Below are positions 1 to 7,155 of a DNA stretch of 26,703 nucleotides, piece after piece (position 1 is the first letter of the stretch; the number at the start of each line of letters is the position of its first letter). The notes beneath the pieces are model-generated. The model was not told the origin of the DNA, did no database searches, and saw only the letters and a program-made list of their open reading frames with translations. A program made the translations under genes and the position numbers. The DNA comes from a bacterium (GTDB lineage: Bacteria > Patescibacteriota > Microgenomatia > Daviesbacterales > UBA10151): positions 1 to 26,703 of the forward strand of contig JAJYNW010000008.1 of the NCBI GenBank assembly GCA_021786105.1. The letters run 5' to 3'.

Positions 1-135
1 CAATAATATTTTCTCTACAGTCTCGGACTATCTTCAAAAATTCTTCTAAATTTTCCTAGAGACAGATCAAAATCCTACCCTTTAAAAGAAAATTGTCCCA
101 TTTATTTCAAATCTGCAGGTGGGTCAGATCAAATT

Positions 136-184
136 TGTCATTGCGAGCGAATTGAAGCAATCTTGAAGAGTGATTAACTCGCAA
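136..184. repeat. GTCATTGCGAG-type palindromic (REP/RPE-like) element, degenerate copy
   Basis: tgtcattgcgagcga...gaagcaatct (136-163) closely matches the copies starting at 3657 and 12261; a partial complementary arm ctcgcaa lies at 178-184. Confidence 0.75.
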
Positions 185-229
185 GCTTTGCTTATTATTC
201 TTCGAGCATAGCGAATCAAAAAGCTTCCT

Positions 230-257
230 TGTCATCCCGTATTTAATACGGGATCCA
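230..257. repeat. GTCATCC...GGATCCA palindromic element; possible terminator/stabiliser downstream of 264..851
   Basis: Perfect inverted repeat atcccgtatt-t-aatacgggat (234-254); same tgtcatcc...ggatcca frame as 26436-26462. Confidence 0.75.
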
Positions 258-263
258 TAAATA

Positions 264-851
264 TTAATTAGTAAATTTAAAAGTGGAAATTATATCTGGA
301 TTCGGAGAGGGAAAATTAGAAAGTTTCTTTTCATTTAATAAATCAGGATGCCTATAACTTATCTGATAACCCGCCCCATTATGTAAAACAAACATAACTA
401 TACTAGAACCGCCGGCCTGCTTACCACCTCCGTCAGAAGATTTAACAGCTTGATCACCATTAAAGGTAATATTAGTTAAATCAAATTGTGTAGATCTAAA
501 AGTATTTGTATATGACGCTATAGAATTTAACACGGTTGGTTCAATTTGGAAAAAATCTGAGTTATAAATTGATGAACAATTACTGCAATGTACATTAACT
601 CCATTATTACGGTCATGGTAAACATTCCAGTCTGACGGATATTTAAATGAAACATTTTGATCAGTATATGTTTTCCAATTGGCAACATCTGCAGAACCGG
701 AGGATTCATTTTTAGAAACCGGAGAAGGAGTTGCTTGAATTTGCCGAGACAATGAAACTGGCTTAATTTGTTTTTGATAAATTACATATCCAGCAATTGC
801 TACAGCAATTAAAATTACTACTAAAAGTGGCGCTAGACCTCTCTGATGCAT
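264..851 (-). CDS. Prepilin-like-signal, PsbP-like surface protein (family member 1)
   Basis: QRG|LAPLL hydrophobic N-terminus, Ser/Pro linker, ANWKTYT..VSFKYPSDW, C-terminal IISTFKFTN. Confidence 0.85.
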   Translation of the reverse strand: MHQRGLAPLLVVILIAVAIAGYVIYQKQIKPVSLSRQIQATPSPVSKNESSGSADVANWKTYTDQNVSFKYPSDWNVYHDRNNGVNVHCSNCSSIYNSDFFQIEPTVLNSIASYTNTFRSTQFDLTNITFNGDQAVKSSDGGGKQAGGSSIVMFVLHNGAGYQISYRHPDLLNEKKLSNFPSPNPDIISTFKFTN

Positions 852-857
852 ATTTTC

Positions 858-879
858 AGCATATCATAAATGATATAAT
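858..879. promoter_or_regulatory. Back-to-back extended -10 promoters around an inverted repeat (possible TA operator)
   Basis: Minus: TGaTATGCT, 6 nt, ATG(851). Plus: TGaTATAAT, 6 nt, ATG(886). Palindrome atatcat-aa-atgatat at 861-876. Confidence 0.7.
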
Positions 880-885
880 ACTGTC

Positions 886-1140
886 ATGAAAACAAGAATT
901 GTCAGAAATCCCAAAATTTTGGCCGGCAAACCTGTTATTGCCGGGACTCGAATTCCGGTAGCCCTAATTTTAAATCTGTTAGCTCATGGTCAAACTATTG
1001 GGGAAATCGTGGGCGATTATCCGGATTTAACTGCCGCTGACGTCAAAGCGGCGGTAGAATATGCCCAACATACAGTAGAGAAAACCTATTCTCCTGCTAC
1101 CTCTACTTTACATGAAATTTCTCATAGACGAAGACATTAG
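886..1140 (+). CDS. DUF433-family antitoxin (VapB45-like)
   Basis: NPKILAGKPVIAGTRIPV...EIVGDYPDLT..DVKAAVEYA is the DUF433 signature; overlaps the downstream PIN gene. Confidence 0.92.
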   Translation: MKTRIVRNPKILAGKPVIAGTRIPVALILNLLAHGQTIGEIVGDYPDLTAADVKAAVEYAQHTVEKTYSPATSTLHEISHRRRH

Positions 1141-1501
1141 CCCTAAACTGGCTGGCTTTTTGCATCGGTTAGGACACTCAGCTATTCATATCAGAGACAT
1201 TAAAATTAGTTTAGCGGATGATCAAATTCTCGAATTATCAGTCACGCAAGAATCTATTGTGATAACCGAAGATAAGGATTTTGGTGAACTGGTTTTTAAA
1301 AATACACAATCTGCCAAAGGCGTGATTTTATTGCGATTGGAGGATCAAACAGTACAAAACACTAAAAGAGCGATTAATTGGCTTTTATCAAATTATTCAT
1401 CTAATAGGATCCAAAATCATTTTGTAGTCGTCACAGAAAAATCAGGAAAAATTGCGGCAAGAACAAACCGCTTAAAAAAGCTTGCCAGAAGCATCAATTA
1501 G
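1112..1501 (+). CDS. DUF5615 PIN-like toxin (VapC45-like)
   Basis: MKFLIDEDIS...DDQIL...VITEDKDFGELVF...GVILLRL motifs; paired with DUF433. Confidence 0.92.
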   Translation: MKFLIDEDISPKLAGFLHRLGHSAIHIRDIKISLADDQILELSVTQESIVITEDKDFGELVFKNTQSAKGVILLRLEDQTVQNTKRAINWLLSNYSSNRIQNHFVVVTEKSGKIAARTNRLKKLARSIN

Positions 1502-2120
1502 TGAATTTAAAGGTGGAAAGAATTTGGTCAACCATGTTTATTTTTGCAGATGAAGTAGCGCTGATTTGCAGTGTTCCATTGTCAAGAAGGCTTACCCAAT
1601 AGGATACTTCATTTAATTTATTGCCTCGTTGATCAATAAAATTAATTTTGGCTCCAGGTCGTCCGTCAATATTTAAATCTGCGATCTTTTGGACAGAAAG
1701 AGACTGTGATAACTTTTGTTTCGTACCAATTGGCGCTGTCACCGGCATATCTATTTGATTTGGTGGGTTATACGAGATATCAATTAGATCATATTTTAAG
1801 CTTGGCGAATCTATCCCGTTTTTAATATCCAACTTTTGATCACTAATATAGACATATCTGTTGTCCCCAAGTGTTTGAATATACCAATTTTCTGGATAAT
1901 TAAATTTATATTTATAAGTTTTATTTGTATAAGTTTTCCAATTGGCAGTTTCAGCAGAACTGGAAGATTCATTTTGAGAAACTGGAGATGGGGAGGATTG
2001 AGTTGACTGAGGAACAGGAACAAGCTTAAATTGTTTTTGGTAAATCAAATACCCGCCAACAGCTATCAAAGTTACCAATACCACTATTAATATTGGTGCC
2101 AATCCTTTTTGTCTATTCAT
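1494..2120 (-). CDS. Prepilin-like-signal, PsbP-like surface protein (family member 2)
   Basis: QKG|LAPIL hydrophobic segment, S/P/T linker, ETANWKTYTNKTYKYKFNYPENW, NIDGRPG, DQILSTFKFTN. Confidence 0.88.
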   Translation of the reverse strand: MNRQKGLAPILIVVLVTLIAVGGYLIYQKQFKLVPVPQSTQSSPSPVSQNESSSSAETANWKTYTNKTYKYKFNYPENWYIQTLGDNRYVYISDQKLDIKNGIDSPSLKYDLIDISYNPPNQIDMPVTAPIGTKQKLSQSLSVQKIADLNIDGRPGAKINFIDQRGNKLNEVSYWVSLLDNGTLQISATSSAKINMVDQILSTFKFTN

Positions 2121-2165
2121 TATCTTTAATATATCACTTTGTCTTTTTATTCTGCAATTGACACC

Positions 2166-2283
2166 AAGGGCGTTAAAAAATCGCAGGATTTGCGACTCAG
2201 GGGAACCGGAAACTGACTACCACGACAGTGGAGGAATTTCCGAGGGGAACAGTCCCCGAGGAGCAAAGACAAGATTTTAGCCC
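2166..2283. repeat. Structured ~116-nt repeated element (MITE-like or ncRNA candidate), longer copy
   Basis: 2166-2217 matches 9993-10044 at 50/52 nt. Nested stems: gggcgttaaaa/ttttagccc, tcgca/tgcga, ctcagggga/tccccgag, cggaaa/tttccg, ccac/gtgg. Confidence 0.7.
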
Positions 2284-2288
2284 GACTA

Positions 2289-2687
2289 TCACTTGCAGGA
2301 GTTTTGAACACTTTTGCGACCAAAAGTGTTGTTAAAGAAATATTCTCTGGCTTCTTTTTCATCTTTTTTCATTTGCTTGATTAAATCTTTTGCTGAGGCA
2401 AATTTTTGATTGCCTCGGATTTTTTTTAAAAGTTTAATAGAAATCCATTTACCGTAAATATTTTTGTCAAAATTCAAAACATAGGTTTCGGCCAAGAATT
2501 TTTTTTTATCAAAAGTTTTAGCCGGACCAATAAAAGTGAGTGACGGATATTGTTTATTTCCAATTTTAGTTTGAGAAACATAAATTCCCTCGGGAATATT
2601 TTTGGTTAAATTTATATTAGCAGTAGGGAAACCCAACCTTCTGCCTCTTTGATTATGCTTCCTTACCTTCCCCCAACATTTGTACAT
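2289..2687 (-). CDS. Stand-alone riboflavin kinase (RibF C-terminal domain only)
   Basis: RGRRLGFPTANI, GIY, AETYVLNFDKNIYG, KIRGNQKF..LIKQMKKD; no FAD-synthetase domain. Confidence 0.9.
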   Translation of the reverse strand: MYKCWGKVRKHNQRGRRLGFPTANINLTKNIPEGIYVSQTKIGNKQYPSLTFIGPAKTFDKKKFLAETYVLNFDKNIYGKWISIKLLKKIRGNQKFASAKDLIKQMKKDEKEAREYFFNNTFGRKSVQNSCK

Positions 2688-2688
2688 A

Positions 2689-3645
2689 TTATGGATGATT
2701 GGCTACGTTCCGGTTATGCTCATCCAAGGTTTTGGCATAATAGGAATTTCCTTTTGAATCATGATAGTAATAAAGATAAGGGGTAGAAGAATCAGCCTCA
2801 GCCACTGCTTTCAAAGATGACAATCCCGGGTTAGAAATTGGAGCAGGCGGCAAACCGGCATGAAGATAAGTATTGTATGGTGAATCTATTTTTAGATCAT
2901 CCAAAGTCAAACCCCTTTTCCACCAGCTCTTTTCTCCTTTTTGGTAACCCAAAGCATACTGAACTGTCGCATCAGCATTTAACGCCATACCGATATTAAA
3001 TCTTTTTAAAAGGATTGAGGCCACCATTCTTCTGACATTATCCGAGCGGGCCTCCCGCTCCACAATCGAAGCCAGAATCACCCCCTCTGCCTCGGTTAAA
3101 CCTTTGGCTTTGATTTTTGAGCGTAAATCATCAGTCAAACGGGTATCAAAAGTTTTTTCCAAAGTTTCGGTAATATATCCGGCGGTTGCCTCTTTAGGAA
3201 AAAGATAAGTATCAGGAAACATATAGCCTTCCTTAGCATTTTTCAAAAATTGGCTTTTATCTATTCCCAACTGCTGATTTAACTTTTCCGCCATTTCCTC
3301 CACCCGCCAGCCTTCTATCAAAGTCACCCACGAATCTTCGCTACCGGACTGAAGTTTGCTTATCAGATCCGGAACGGACATGGAAGAAGAAAGCTTGTAT
3401 GAACCGGCTTGAATCTTATCGGCCAGGTTGTTTTGTTTAACGTAAATTTTAAAAGCTAATTCTGATTTGATTAATCCACTGCTTTTCAGCTTTTTGGCAA
3501 TTTCTGACACTCCGGCTCCCTTATTTATCACAAAAACTTGAGTAGTTGTATCGGCGGATACCGGTGCCAACTGACTATCCCACCAGCCTTTAGCCAAAAA
3601 GAACAGCAAAATTAAGATAACAATTAGGGCTAAAATTTTTCTCAT
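2689..3645 (-). CDS. mltG: Endolytic murein transglycosylase MltG
   Basis: N-terminal TM segment, VTLIEGW, EGYMFPDTY, ASIVERE (catalytic Glu), DSPYNTY..GLPPAPISNPG. Confidence 0.96.
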   Translation of the reverse strand: MRKILALIVILILLFFLAKGWWDSQLAPVSADTTTQVFVINKGAGVSEIAKKLKSSGLIKSELAFKIYVKQNNLADKIQAGSYKLSSSMSVPDLISKLQSGSEDSWVTLIEGWRVEEMAEKLNQQLGIDKSQFLKNAKEGYMFPDTYLFPKEATAGYITETLEKTFDTRLTDDLRSKIKAKGLTEAEGVILASIVEREARSDNVRRMVASILLKRFNIGMALNADATVQYALGYQKGEKSWWKRGLTLDDLKIDSPYNTYLHAGLPPAPISNPGLSSLKAVAEADSSTPYLYYYHDSKGNSYYAKTLDEHNRNVANHP

Positions 3646-3656
3646 AATTCCTACCT

Positions 3657-3742
3657 TGTCATTGCGAGCGATTAGCGAAGCAATCTTCCACGGAATAGGT
3701 AGATTGCCACGTCACTCACTTCGTTCGCTCCTCGCAACGACA
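3657..3742. repeat. Complete GTCATTGCGAG-type palindromic element overlapping the ruvX 3' end
   Basis: Arms tgtcattgcgag (3657-3668) and ctcgcaacgaca (3731-3742); inner stem gcaatct/agattgc. Confidence 0.85.
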
Positions 3743-4122
3743 GACCGAGAATCCAAATACTCCTGTAAAATTCCTGCGGCAGAATAGGCATCTTCTTCGC
3801 GACGACGCCCTTTTCGCCGTACACCTTGCTCAATCATCACCGTCAAAGCTTTCTTGCTGGACAAAGTCTCATCGCTAGTTTCCACCTCAAATCCTTTTTT
3901 TCTTAAGGCACTAACAAATCCGGTAACATTTTGACCCATTTTACCTTCCGGCAAACCAACCACGATTTTGTCGAAATTATTATCTTCAATTATTCTTGAA
4001 ATTTTTTCCACCGCATCGGAGAAACCTTTAACCTCCAACACTTGCCAAGGAGAAGCTAGCTCGCCTTCTGAAATAGCCAGGCCTATTTTCCTCAATCCAA
4101 AATCAACGCCTAAATATTTCAC
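3712..4122 (-). CDS. ruvX: YqgF/RuvX pre-16S rRNA nuclease / putative Holliday junction resolvase
   Basis: LGVDFGLRKIGLAIS, IVVGLP, DETLSS, DAYSAAGILQEYLD. Confidence 0.95.
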   Translation of the reverse strand: MKYLGVDFGLRKIGLAISEGELASPWQVLEVKGFSDAVEKISRIIEDNNFDKIVVGLPEGKMGQNVTGFVSALRKKGFEVETSDETLSSKKALTVMIEQGVRRKGRRREEDAYSAAGILQEYLDSRSVVARSERSE

Positions 4123-4131
4123 TCCAAAAGG

Positions 4132-4773
4132 TTATATCATTTTTCCTAAAACAACAAGCCTTTTAAAATTTAGCCCAGGGGGCACACAAGTCATTAGGGA
4201 AATATATCTGCCTTGAGTATCCGGCGCGACTAGCACTGATAAATTAGATGGGTCAACTATTTTAAATTCGGTAACTTCGTACACAAATTTTGATCCCGGG
4301 GTTTCAACGGTAATCTGATCCCCTTTTTTCAAATCGGGCAGTTTGGAAAAAGGCGCGCTTTTAATAGCAAAAAGCGGACTTAAGGCAGAATGACCTGAGA
4401 TAAACACGTTACCTTTTTCTCCAGGCAAGGCAGATCCAGGCAAATGGGCAAAACCTTTTGATAAATCATTGGTATCCACCAAAACATCCTCCTTATCAAT
4501 TTTGAGCTTGGGAATAGAAAGATTAAACTTATCATAGTTAGGGTGAGACTCCCGCAGTTTTGAAGAAACAAAAGCTGGGAAGTTATCTTTATTTTGGACA
4601 GAAATTCCCAAAACCTGCTCGTTTGATCTGGTCGGACTAATCAGAGCTTGGCTTTGATAACTTTGCCCGAGTGCCCAAAACTGGAATGAAATTATCGGCA
4701 AAACCACCTGCATTAGGATAAAAGTTCCGATTGATAAAAAACCGACGGATATCAACTTACCCGGAGCGATCAT
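4132..4773 (-). CDS. Sortase family protein
   Basis: N-terminal TM segment; PGEKGNVFISGH, LKKGDQI, ISLMTCVP..KRLVV provide the His/Cys/Arg triad. Confidence 0.93.
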   Translation of the reverse strand: MIAPGKLISVGFLSIGTFILMQVVLPIISFQFWALGQSYQSQALISPTRSNEQVLGISVQNKDNFPAFVSSKLRESHPNYDKFNLSIPKLKIDKEDVLVDTNDLSKGFAHLPGSALPGEKGNVFISGHSALSPLFAIKSAPFSKLPDLKKGDQITVETPGSKFVYEVTEFKIVDPSNLSVLVAPDTQGRYISLMTCVPPGLNFKRLVVLGKMI

Positions 4774-7103
4774 TTCAGCCCTACCTCGATTTTAATATTC
4801 TTGGAAAGCAGGGGCAGGCGTTGAAGTATTGCCGGCAGCTGCGGGGTAATATCAATCTCTGAGCCTAAAATATTATCCACACTTTTGATAATATCTGCCG
4901 CCTGGGCCAAAGTTTTGAACTTAATCTGGTTTCTGATTTTGTCCGTATCAATCTTCGGCATTAACTTAGCCTTGAATTTTGCCAAGAATACCAACTTGCC
5001 GTCTTTTTCCAATTTTGAAACATCGGCCTGAGTTTCCGTATCAGAAAGATCCAACCGGAAACCATCCGGCACTTGTGTGGTAACCAATTTAGATACAATT
5101 GTCTTCAAGTCCGCATCATCAAACGCTGTTCCTTTATAAGTCACAGTCATATTTAAGGAAAACTCGCTCGCCTGATCATTAATATTTTTGCTATAACTTT
5201 TCTTGACGGTACTTTCTGATAAAGCTTCTTCTAAAATCTTTTTAGTCGGATATTTCTCCTGTATCTTTTGCTGAGCTTGCTGCCGTAAATTGGAGGATAG
5301 CTTGGCCAGCAATCTTTGCTGATCTTCGGACGAAACCACCGTCACGTCTTTAGAAGTGCCGCCGGAAAAATTGCCTTCGGTTTTCGCTACCACTTCTGAT
5401 TTAGAATAATTACCCACTTTAAGTTCTACAGAAGAAGGAATATTACCATCCGCTCCAATGATTGCGGCGGTTGCTCCTATTGCGTCCGACTGTGATGGCG
5501 GAGCAGCAGCGCTTGCTGACTTCGAAGCCACCTCTACACCCTTATCAAGCTTAAATTGCACACCACTATCATTTGTTAATGTTTGACCAGCTTTTAGAAC
5601 TAGTTGCTGATCGGTTGCATTATATATTCTAACCATCCCTTTTGCCGGATCACCGATTTGCCTTTTACCGGTGGCGGTGTCTTTGGCTGAACCGGATACA
5701 TCAACATTAACTATCTGGCCGGGAATTATTTTCTTCTCTTCATCAACAGTTTTTTGATTAGGATCAGCTATCACTTGGGCATCTTTTTCCAAAATCTTTG
5801 GTTCGACAAAAATCTTAACATCAGCCTTCAGCAAGAATAAATAAGCCACTACCGCCAGAACCATTGCGCCAACAACTCCAAATAATATAATCAATACTGA
5901 AGCATTCCTGGGAATAAACCTCTTTAAGTTAAACTTTCTCTTGTGTTCTCCTTTTTGAGGTTGAGGCGGAGTAATTTCTCGTTCAAAATCATCAATTTCA
6001 ATCGAATCTTCTTCCGGAATTGCTAATTCTCTTTCTTCGCTCAAACTATAAGCGGGCGCTTCTGCTGATTCACCAACCTCTTTATCTGCCACATCTCCCA
6101 CCATAAACCCAAAGTTATCACCCGCAAGGTGAGGTTTCTCGAAAACCTTCTTTTTCTCTTCAACTTCTTCTTCGGTCTCTTCTTCTGACTCAGTATCTTC
6201 CTCATCCTCCAACTTTTCAACCTTTTGTTCTTCTGATTTCAAATCTTCTGATAAATCTTGCTCCGCTGATTCTTTTTGATCTTCCGTCTTCTCCGGACTC
6301 CCCTCTTCCAAAATATCCAGTCGTTCTGCAGATTTTTTAATTGGTTGATCGACAAAAACCACATTACCATTTATTTCTGACCCTCCTGCCAAACACACAC
6401 TCTTAATTTCCAGCTCTTCACCTAAAACTTCGATCTTTGGCACATGCAGGAAAGACAGTTTCGACATCCAAGAAAAAGAGGCTAGCTGGCTTTTCAATCC
6501 CACTGCCATCTCTCCATAGATTAAAATCTTAGAAGGCAAAGTTTCTACATCAGTAAAAGTTAATAAGGCTTTTTCTATATCTGCACCAGAAGTCTCTCCT
6601 CGCGTCACCACCTTTACTCCATCCAATTTACCAGCCCGCACTACCGTCACTGTTAAATGCTTTTCTTCAAAACCTACCAAAATCGCCGTAGTCGGAACAC
6701 CTTCTTGTTTTTCCAAAAAATGCACCAAAGCATTACTGGTAGAAACATAGGCCATTGGAGTCAATTCCAACTCTTTGACTAAATGGCGCAAAACCCTTAA
6801 GTATTCTTCTTTCAAATTATCATCAACAATCCAAGAATTGGGAACACCGAATAGAATTTTTTGTGGCTCAACTTCTTTTAAACCCAATACCTGATCTAAT
6901 AATTTGTCAGTTACGGATACAATTTCGTCATTTGAAGAATAGCTTTGAGAAGCAATATCTAAAACTTTTAAATCTTTGCTGCCAACCGTCCACAAAGCAG
7001 CAGTTAATTTTTCCGCGCCGATGTTAACGGCGAAAAAGTAATCTGGTTGTTCTTCCTTCTTTCCAAACGGCAAAGAGGCAGTCAGTTTGTTTAAAAAACT
7101 CAT
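4770..7103 (-). CDS. Bitopic membrane protein: N-terminal actin/FtsA-like region, acidic linker, TM helix, C-terminal baseplate-J-like region
   Basis: 777-aa ORF with a single TM helix (SVLIILFGVV...AYLFLL) and an E/D-rich linker. C-terminal ATG...AKGMVRIYN...GADGNI...FSGG...VVS..D pattern resembles CPR proteins annotated baseplate J/gp47 (recall, not searched). Confidence 0.7.
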   Translation of the reverse strand: MSFLNKLTASLPFGKKEEQPDYFFAVNIGAEKLTAALWTVGSKDLKVLDIASQSYSSNDEIVSVTDKLLDQVLGLKEVEPQKILFGVPNSWIVDDNLKEEYLRVLRHLVKELELTPMAYVSTSNALVHFLEKQEGVPTTAILVGFEEKHLTVTVVRAGKLDGVKVVTRGETSGADIEKALLTFTDVETLPSKILIYGEMAVGLKSQLASFSWMSKLSFLHVPKIEVLGEELEIKSVCLAGGSEINGNVVFVDQPIKKSAERLDILEEGSPEKTEDQKESAEQDLSEDLKSEEQKVEKLEDEEDTESEEETEEEVEEKKKVFEKPHLAGDNFGFMVGDVADKEVGESAEAPAYSLSEERELAIPEEDSIEIDDFEREITPPQPQKGEHKRKFNLKRFIPRNASVLIILFGVVGAMVLAVVAYLFLLKADVKIFVEPKILEKDAQVIADPNQKTVDEEKKIIPGQIVNVDVSGSAKDTATGKRQIGDPAKGMVRIYNATDQQLVLKAGQTLTNDSGVQFKLDKGVEVASKSASAAAPPSQSDAIGATAAIIGADGNIPSSVELKVGNYSKSEVVAKTEGNFSGGTSKDVTVVSSEDQQRLLAKLSSNLRQQAQQKIQEKYPTKKILEEALSESTVKKSYSKNINDQASEFSLNMTVTYKGTAFDDADLKTIVSKLVTTQVPDGFRLDLSDTETQADVSKLEKDGKLVFLAKFKAKLMPKIDTDKIRNQIKFKTLAQAADIIKSVDNILGSEIDITPQLPAILQRLPLLSKNIKIEVGLK

Positions 7104-7155
7104 AAAAATTTTGCCTGGAGGTGGCCTGAAATTATCTTAACATAAAATATGCGAG

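Noticed and set aside
1-101. Possible minus-strand gene start (NFLLKGRILICL*ENLEEFLKIV...)
   Set aside because: Needs both a frameshift and stop read-through, is cut by the window edge, and has no recognisable motif
527-2023. Similar short ORFs 527..709 and 1811..2023 (MNPPVLQMLPIGK / MNLPVLLKLPIGK)
   Set aside because: Alternative frames of the conserved linker-NWKT DNA; they reflect nucleotide conservation, not separate genes
2147-2362. 71-aa ORF sharing VPLSRKSCDFLTP with the 9131..10036 N-terminus
   Set aside because: The shared peptide is simply the translation of the DNA repeat; the ORF overlaps ribF
7116-7124. Anti-SD-like CCACCTCC in the leader of the 777-aa gene
   Set aside because: Single short match that could arise by chance; no supporting structure
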